From contig OZ243972.1 in assembly GCA_965214705.1 (NCBI GenBank), forward strand, positions 2,016,001 through 2,080,000: a stretch of DNA of 64,000 nt, read 5' to 3'. The DNA is from Alphaproteobacteria bacterium. GTDB lineage: Bacteria; Pseudomonadota; Alphaproteobacteria; UBA828. The position numbers and the translations under genes were made by a program. Below are positions 59,764 to 64,000 of the stretch, piece by piece. The notes under the pieces are model-generated. The model worked only from the letters and a program-made list of their open reading frames with translations. It was not told the DNA's origin and made no database searches. Each line of letters starts with the position of its first letter. The stretch's first letter is position 1.

Positions 59764-60642
59764 TCAGTTGCGCAACGCTGCGAAGCCTGAGATCGGGTGG
59801 TCGAGGCCCTCGAACATCTTGCCGGTGACGCGGGCGTAGTGACGGGTCGTGTTCGCGCTTCGATGGCCGAGCATGTCCCGGATCACCTCGATATCGCCGC
59901 CGCGCTCGAGGAGATGGGTCGCCGCCGAATGGCGCAGGCAATGGAAGGTGTAGCTGCGGTCGAGCTCGGCAATGTCGCGCGCCCTCCTGAAGGCGGCCTG
60001 CAAGGTCTCCGTTGCGATGGGCCTGTCGAGCGAGACGCCGTAGAAGAGCCAGTTCGTCGGACGCGGCCAGATGTTCCTGTAGTAGACGCGCAAGTAGTGG
60101 ATGACGATGTCCGGCAACGGTGCCATTCTCTCGGTGCCGCCTTTGCCGGAGGGGATGTGCAGCAGCTTCTTCTCCGACAGGATGTCGCCGACCTTGATGG
60201 CCAAGGTCTCGGAGATGCGGAGCCCGCCGCCATAGCCGGTGACAATGGCAGCACGGTGGCGGAGGTCGGGTGTCGCAAGGATGAGGTGCTCGACCTCCTG
60301 CTCCGACATGTAGCGCGGCAGCTTGCCGGGCTTCTTGCGGGAGCGCAGGCCGGCGACATGGTCAGGCCAGCCGAGTGTGTCGATGTAGAGGAAGTTCAGC
60401 GCGGCGAAGGAGACGTTGGTCGTGCCCGGACTGAGCCCCTTGTCGATCCGCCCCAGGTACCACTGGCGCACCTGCTCGGCGTCGAGCTCGTCCGGCGAGG
60501 CGTCGTAGTACCTGGCCAGGTTCTTGATCTCGCAGATGTAGGCCTTGGACGTGCTCGCGGCCAGATTGGCGATGCGGAGCTGCTCCTCCATGCGCTGGCG
60601 AAGAGGGGTGACGGTGTTCGTGTCGCACGCGGTCCCGGTCAT
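59764..60642 (-). CDS. tyrosine recombinase (IS91-associated integrase)
   Basis: TPLRQRM N-terminus, GLRISE, GKGG, HCLRHS, LGH, TRHY: full R-K-H-R-H-Y set. Confidence 0.92.
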   Translation of the reverse strand: MTGTACDTNTVTPLRQRMEEQLRIANLAASTSKAYICEIKNLARYYDASPDELDAEQVRQWYLGRIDKGLSPGTTNVSFAALNFLYIDTLGWPDHVAGLRSRKKPGKLPRYMSEQEVEHLILATPDLRHRAAIVTGYGGGLRISETLAIKVGDILSEKKLLHIPSGKGGTERMAPLPDIVIHYLRVYYRNIWPRPTNWLFYGVSLDRPIATETLQAAFRRARDIAELDRSYTFHCLRHSAATHLLERGGDIEVIRDMLGHRSANTTRHYARVTGKMFEGLDHPISGFAALRN

Positions 60643-60880
60643 TATCGATCTCCCTGGATCGCGACGGCGCGCCGCCGGACCGATCCGGCGACGGTCCGTC
60701 GCAGGGGTCGATGCTAACCACTGGTGATCGGGAGGCTGCTGGGGATCCGCCACCCGACGGGCGGAGCGCCACTGACGCAACCGGGAAGCGAACGCACAGA
60801 ACAAACGGCACCCGCGACGCCTCGGAAATGAATGAACTCTACGCCGCTAACTCCGCGTAGCGGCTTCGTTCAAACGCGCC

Positions 60881-62065
60881 ATGCCCAAAATCACCAAGAG
60901 AGCCGTGGATGCCCTGCTCCCTGCCGAACGCGAGCGCATTGTCTGGGACGACGACATCAAGGGCTTCGGCGTCCGCGTCCACCCGACGGGACGCAAGGTC
61001 TACATCGTCAAGTACCGGCACGAGGGACGCTCCGTCAAAGTCACCATCGGGCCCCACGGGCCCATTACACCGGCCGCCGCTCGGGCCAAAGCCGCCGAGA
61101 TCGTGACGCTCGCAAAGACCGGAAGGGATGTGGCAGGGAAGACGCCCCACGCAAGAGGGAGCGCCACCATGGCGAAACTCGCCCAGCGCTTCTTGGAGGA
61201 GTATGCGCCTGCCCATCTGAAGCCCAGCACTGCCCGGCTATACCGAAAGGTCATCGACAACCGCATTCTCCCTCGGCTCGGCAAGCGCCGCGTCAGCGAT
61301 ATCGGCAAGAGCGATGTCGTTGCCCTCCATCACGACATGCGCGACGTCCCCGACCATGCCAACCGTACGCTAAGCGTTCTCTCCCGTATGCTGACGCTCG
61401 CCGAGGTCTGGGAGATGCGCCCCGATGGCGCAAACCCGTGCCGGCACGTCAAGAAGTACCCCGAGCACAAGCGCGAGCGGTTTCTCTCGGACGACGAATA
61501 CCGGCGTCTCGGCACCGCCCTGCGTGACGCGGAGAGAGAGGGCTTTGTTTCTCCGGCGGCTGTTGCTGCCATCCGCTTGCTGATGCTGACCGGCTGCCGG
61601 AGCGGGGAGATTCTGGCCCTGCGTTGGGACTACGTCGATCTGGAGACGGGCGAGCTTCGGTTGCCCGCCTCCAAGACCGGCGCCAAGATCGTGCATCTGG
61701 GCGACCCGGCCATCGCGGTGCTGCGCGGCATTCCTCGCAAGGAGGGCAATCCGTGGGTATTCCCGGGCGTGAAGTCGGGTCGGCACATGACCTACCTGCA
61801 CGACTCATGGCGTCGCGTTCTCAACCGTGCGGGGATCGAAAACCTGCGCATCCACGATCTTCGGCATTCGTACGCGAGTGGCGGTCTTCTGGTGGGCGAG
61901 GGATTGCCGATGATTGGAAAGCTCCTGGGTCACAGCAAGGTGCAGACCACAGCCCGCTATGCTCATCTGGCCAACGATCCTCTGAAGGCCGCTGCCAACC
62001 GCATCGCGAGCCGCTGGAGATCCTGCGCAGCGGCGACGGGCTGCTCGACCGCGCCGGCACCCTAG
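60881..62065 (+). CDS. tyrosine integrase with arm-binding domain (P4-like); last ~15 codons probably foreign
   Basis: VWDDDIKGFGVRV, TGCRSGE, SKTG, HDLRHS, LGH, TARY. Confidence 0.9.
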   Translation: MPKITKRAVDALLPAERERIVWDDDIKGFGVRVHPTGRKVYIVKYRHEGRSVKVTIGPHGPITPAAARAKAAEIVTLAKTGRDVAGKTPHARGSATMAKLAQRFLEEYAPAHLKPSTARLYRKVIDNRILPRLGKRRVSDIGKSDVVALHHDMRDVPDHANRTLSVLSRMLTLAEVWEMRPDGANPCRHVKKYPEHKRERFLSDDEYRRLGTALRDAEREGFVSPAAVAAIRLLMLTGCRSGEILALRWDYVDLETGELRLPASKTGAKIVHLGDPAIAVLRGIPRKEGNPWVFPGVKSGRHMTYLHDSWRRVLNRAGIENLRIHDLRHSYASGGLLVGEGLPMIGKLLGHSKVQTTARYAHLANDPLKAAANRIASRWRSCAAATGCSTAPAP

Positions 62066-62523
62066 ACGCCTCGCTGCCGGCGGACCGCGCCCGCCTGCGG
62101 AAGCTGCTGGCGCACGCGCTGCCGGACTGGCGGGGCGAGCCCCCGGCCGGCGGCTCGATGACGGTCCAGCGTCCCTCGGGCCAGTCGCGGCTGGCGCTGC
62201 ACGTCATGCCGGTGGGCGACGCGGAGGCGGACTTCGGCGGGCGCCGGGTGGCGGCACTGGTGCTGATGGTGGACCCGGCGCGGCGGGCGCGCATCGACCC
62301 CGCGCGGGTGGCGGCGGCGCTCGGCCTGACGGCGTCGGAGAGCCGCATGGCGGCGTTGCTGGCCGAAGGCGTGCGGGTGCAGGAGATCGCCACGGACCAG
62401 GGCTGGTCGGAGGAGTATGTGCGCTGGCTGGTCAAGCGGGTGTACCGGAAGCTCGGCATATCGGGGCAGCAGGTCGAGCTGGCACGGCGGGTCCTGGCGG
62501 TGGACGCCCTGCCGCGCCGCTGA
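62014..62523 (+). pseudogene. 3' fragment of a LuxR-type HTH regulator
   Basis: GLTASESRMAALLAEG..EIA..VKRVYRKLGIS; no own start, fused into the integrase 3' end. Confidence 0.7.
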
Positions 62524-63467
62524 GGGCCGCCGGCGCCGACTCTTCCGTTGCCACCCCCGTCGCCTCGCCGGGCGCGGTCCCGATACCACCAGAATTGGAG
62601 GATTCTACAGGCGTTCGGGGCCGTTTACGCTTCCACGATCAGGAATCCGTCGCGGCTCGGGGGACCGGCCGGCCCCGGCCCGCGTGGTGCAGCGGGGGAA
62701 TGGATCGATGGCCGCGATCCTTCTTGAGATCTCCGTTCTTGAAGACGGTCCTTGCAGCACGATGCTGCGTCGGGCGTCTCAATGGCGTCGGTCGCAGATG
62801 CGGATCGGCAATCGCGATAACGCCCTCGGCGCGGCCGGCATCCGGGTCCGGCGGGCCGTAGGCCGGTTCCCTGGCGGCGCCCCGGCGGACGCTGCGTCCA
62901 TCGTGAGGGCCGATGGGGCTTCCTCGACAGCGTGGCGGGCGGCGAATTCGGACCCGCGGGGCGGCCCGCGAAGGGGTATTCCCGGTACGCAATGGACCGA
63001 TCAGGTGCCGACGACGCCCATGGGGCGCCGGAGCGGGCCCTCGGGACCGAAAATACGTGGAACGACAACGATTTGCGCCGACATCGGGGCGGCGCAGGGC
63101 GGGAGTCCGCCGAGCCGTTTTGTGCGCGATAGCTTTTGCTATCGAGCACTATCTTGTCAATAGGAAGTTGCTCCACGCCATTGTCGGCAGCAGCCGCATG
63201 GCACGAGATTCCGCTGCCGCCGGACATCAAGCCATTGCGTTGCATGGGTTTTCGGAGGAACGAACAAGGCCGTGCGGGCGGCGTAGCCAGGATACAGGGT
63301 CTGCCGACCCCGCCCAACTTTACGCTCGATAGCACTTTCTGAATTCACGCCCGACCGGCGCTCGCGGCCCGTCTTTTGCCTCATTGCCGTCGCCAACCGC
63401 ACCGGCCGTCGCGCTATCTTAGCTCGACGGCCGTCTCGGCACACTCCCGGCGCCGCTCAGGCGGGGC

Positions 63468-63919
63468 TCAGGTCCGCCCCTGCATCTTGGCCAACTGCGC
63501 CGCGCCACTGCGCCGCGCCAGAAGCCGCTCGCCGTAGCGGCTTACCATGCCGATGCACTTCCACCGCCCGGCGTGGAGGATCGCGGGCAACTCGATGTCG
63601 GCGGCGACCATGTCCTGAGCGGCGCCGACCCGCGCGCTGTGTCCCGAGAGCCCCTTCACCACCGTTTCCGGCAGGCCGGCCTTGCGCGCCATCGCCTTGA
63701 AGATGCGCGGCACCTGGCAGGGATGAAGCCGCTCGCCGACCCGCCCTCCCTTGCCCACCGAGCGGAACAGCATTCCCTCCACGATCCCGGCGCGGTCGAG
63801 CCAGGCCCGCACCAGCCGGACGGTGTCCGGGCCGACCCAGACGACCTCGCCCACACCCTCGCAATCGGTCTTGGACCGGCGTACCAAAAGACTGCCGTCT
63901 CCCTGTAATTCCACCATCA
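63468..63919 (-). pseudogene. C-terminal part of a Cre-like tyrosine recombinase interrupted by IS1634
   Basis: RRSKTD, SGHSARVGAAQDM, GRWK, MVSRY; frame runs into the IS end at 63920. Confidence 0.82.
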
Positions 63920-64000
63920 CCCAAGTTGGCACTTTTTCCGGTTGCTCAATGCCGGTCTGCCCATATTTTGCGGACCGAAGTACCACATATTGGGGTAGCT
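63920..64000 (+). mobile_element. left end of a second copy of IS1634 A (partial)
   Basis: Identical to 5446-5526. Confidence 0.9.

Larger units (their letters stand above)
58052..60874 (-). mobile_element. tyrosine recombinase + IS91-like transposase element
   Basis: Perfect 15-bp inverted repeats tttgaacgaagccgc (58052-58066) / gcggcttcgttcaaa (60860-60874) enclose the gene pair. Confidence 0.8.

Noticed and set aside
62524-63460. Several overlapping ORFs between the LuxR fragment and the Cre-like recombinase
   Set aside because: No family motifs or convincing RBS; could not support any as a gene

Overview
High-GC bacterial DNA, probably an alphaproteobacterium (inferred from gene content and repeat types). 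1-5.4 kb: NitT/TauT-type ABC transporter plus a dihydropyrimidinase/hydantoinase, followed by an IS1634-family element. ~8-38.6 kb: a large catabolic island. Its core is an operon-like run (16.2-26.8 kb) in which a PPDK lacking its pyruvate-binding barrel, a second stand-alone phospho-His swivel protein, a 518-aa unknown protein and an Rv1126c-like protein sit with a three-part biotin-dependent carboxylase (divergent carboxyltransferase), a CoA ligase and a thiolase. This is the best candidate for an undescribed system. Around it are a relocated surE, two acetoacetate-decarboxylase-like genes, a Liv-type ABC transporter, dehydrogenases, a GntR regulator, a cupin, a Mo-hydroxylase and AtuA-like genes. 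39.6-50.6 kb: mixed housekeeping/metabolic genes (dtd, hemB, CoA-transferase, penicillin-acylase family and others). 50.6-64 kb: a mobile-element hotspot with an IS66-type element carrying a Dam-like methyltransferase (itself split by a second IS1634), a stand-alone OLD-like ATPase-TOPRIM gene, an integrase+IS91-transposase element with perfect terminal inverted repeats, two more tyrosine recombinases and the start of a second copy of the first IS1634. No rRNA, tRNA or CRISPR array was recognised. All calls come from reading motifs by eye; no database search was run.
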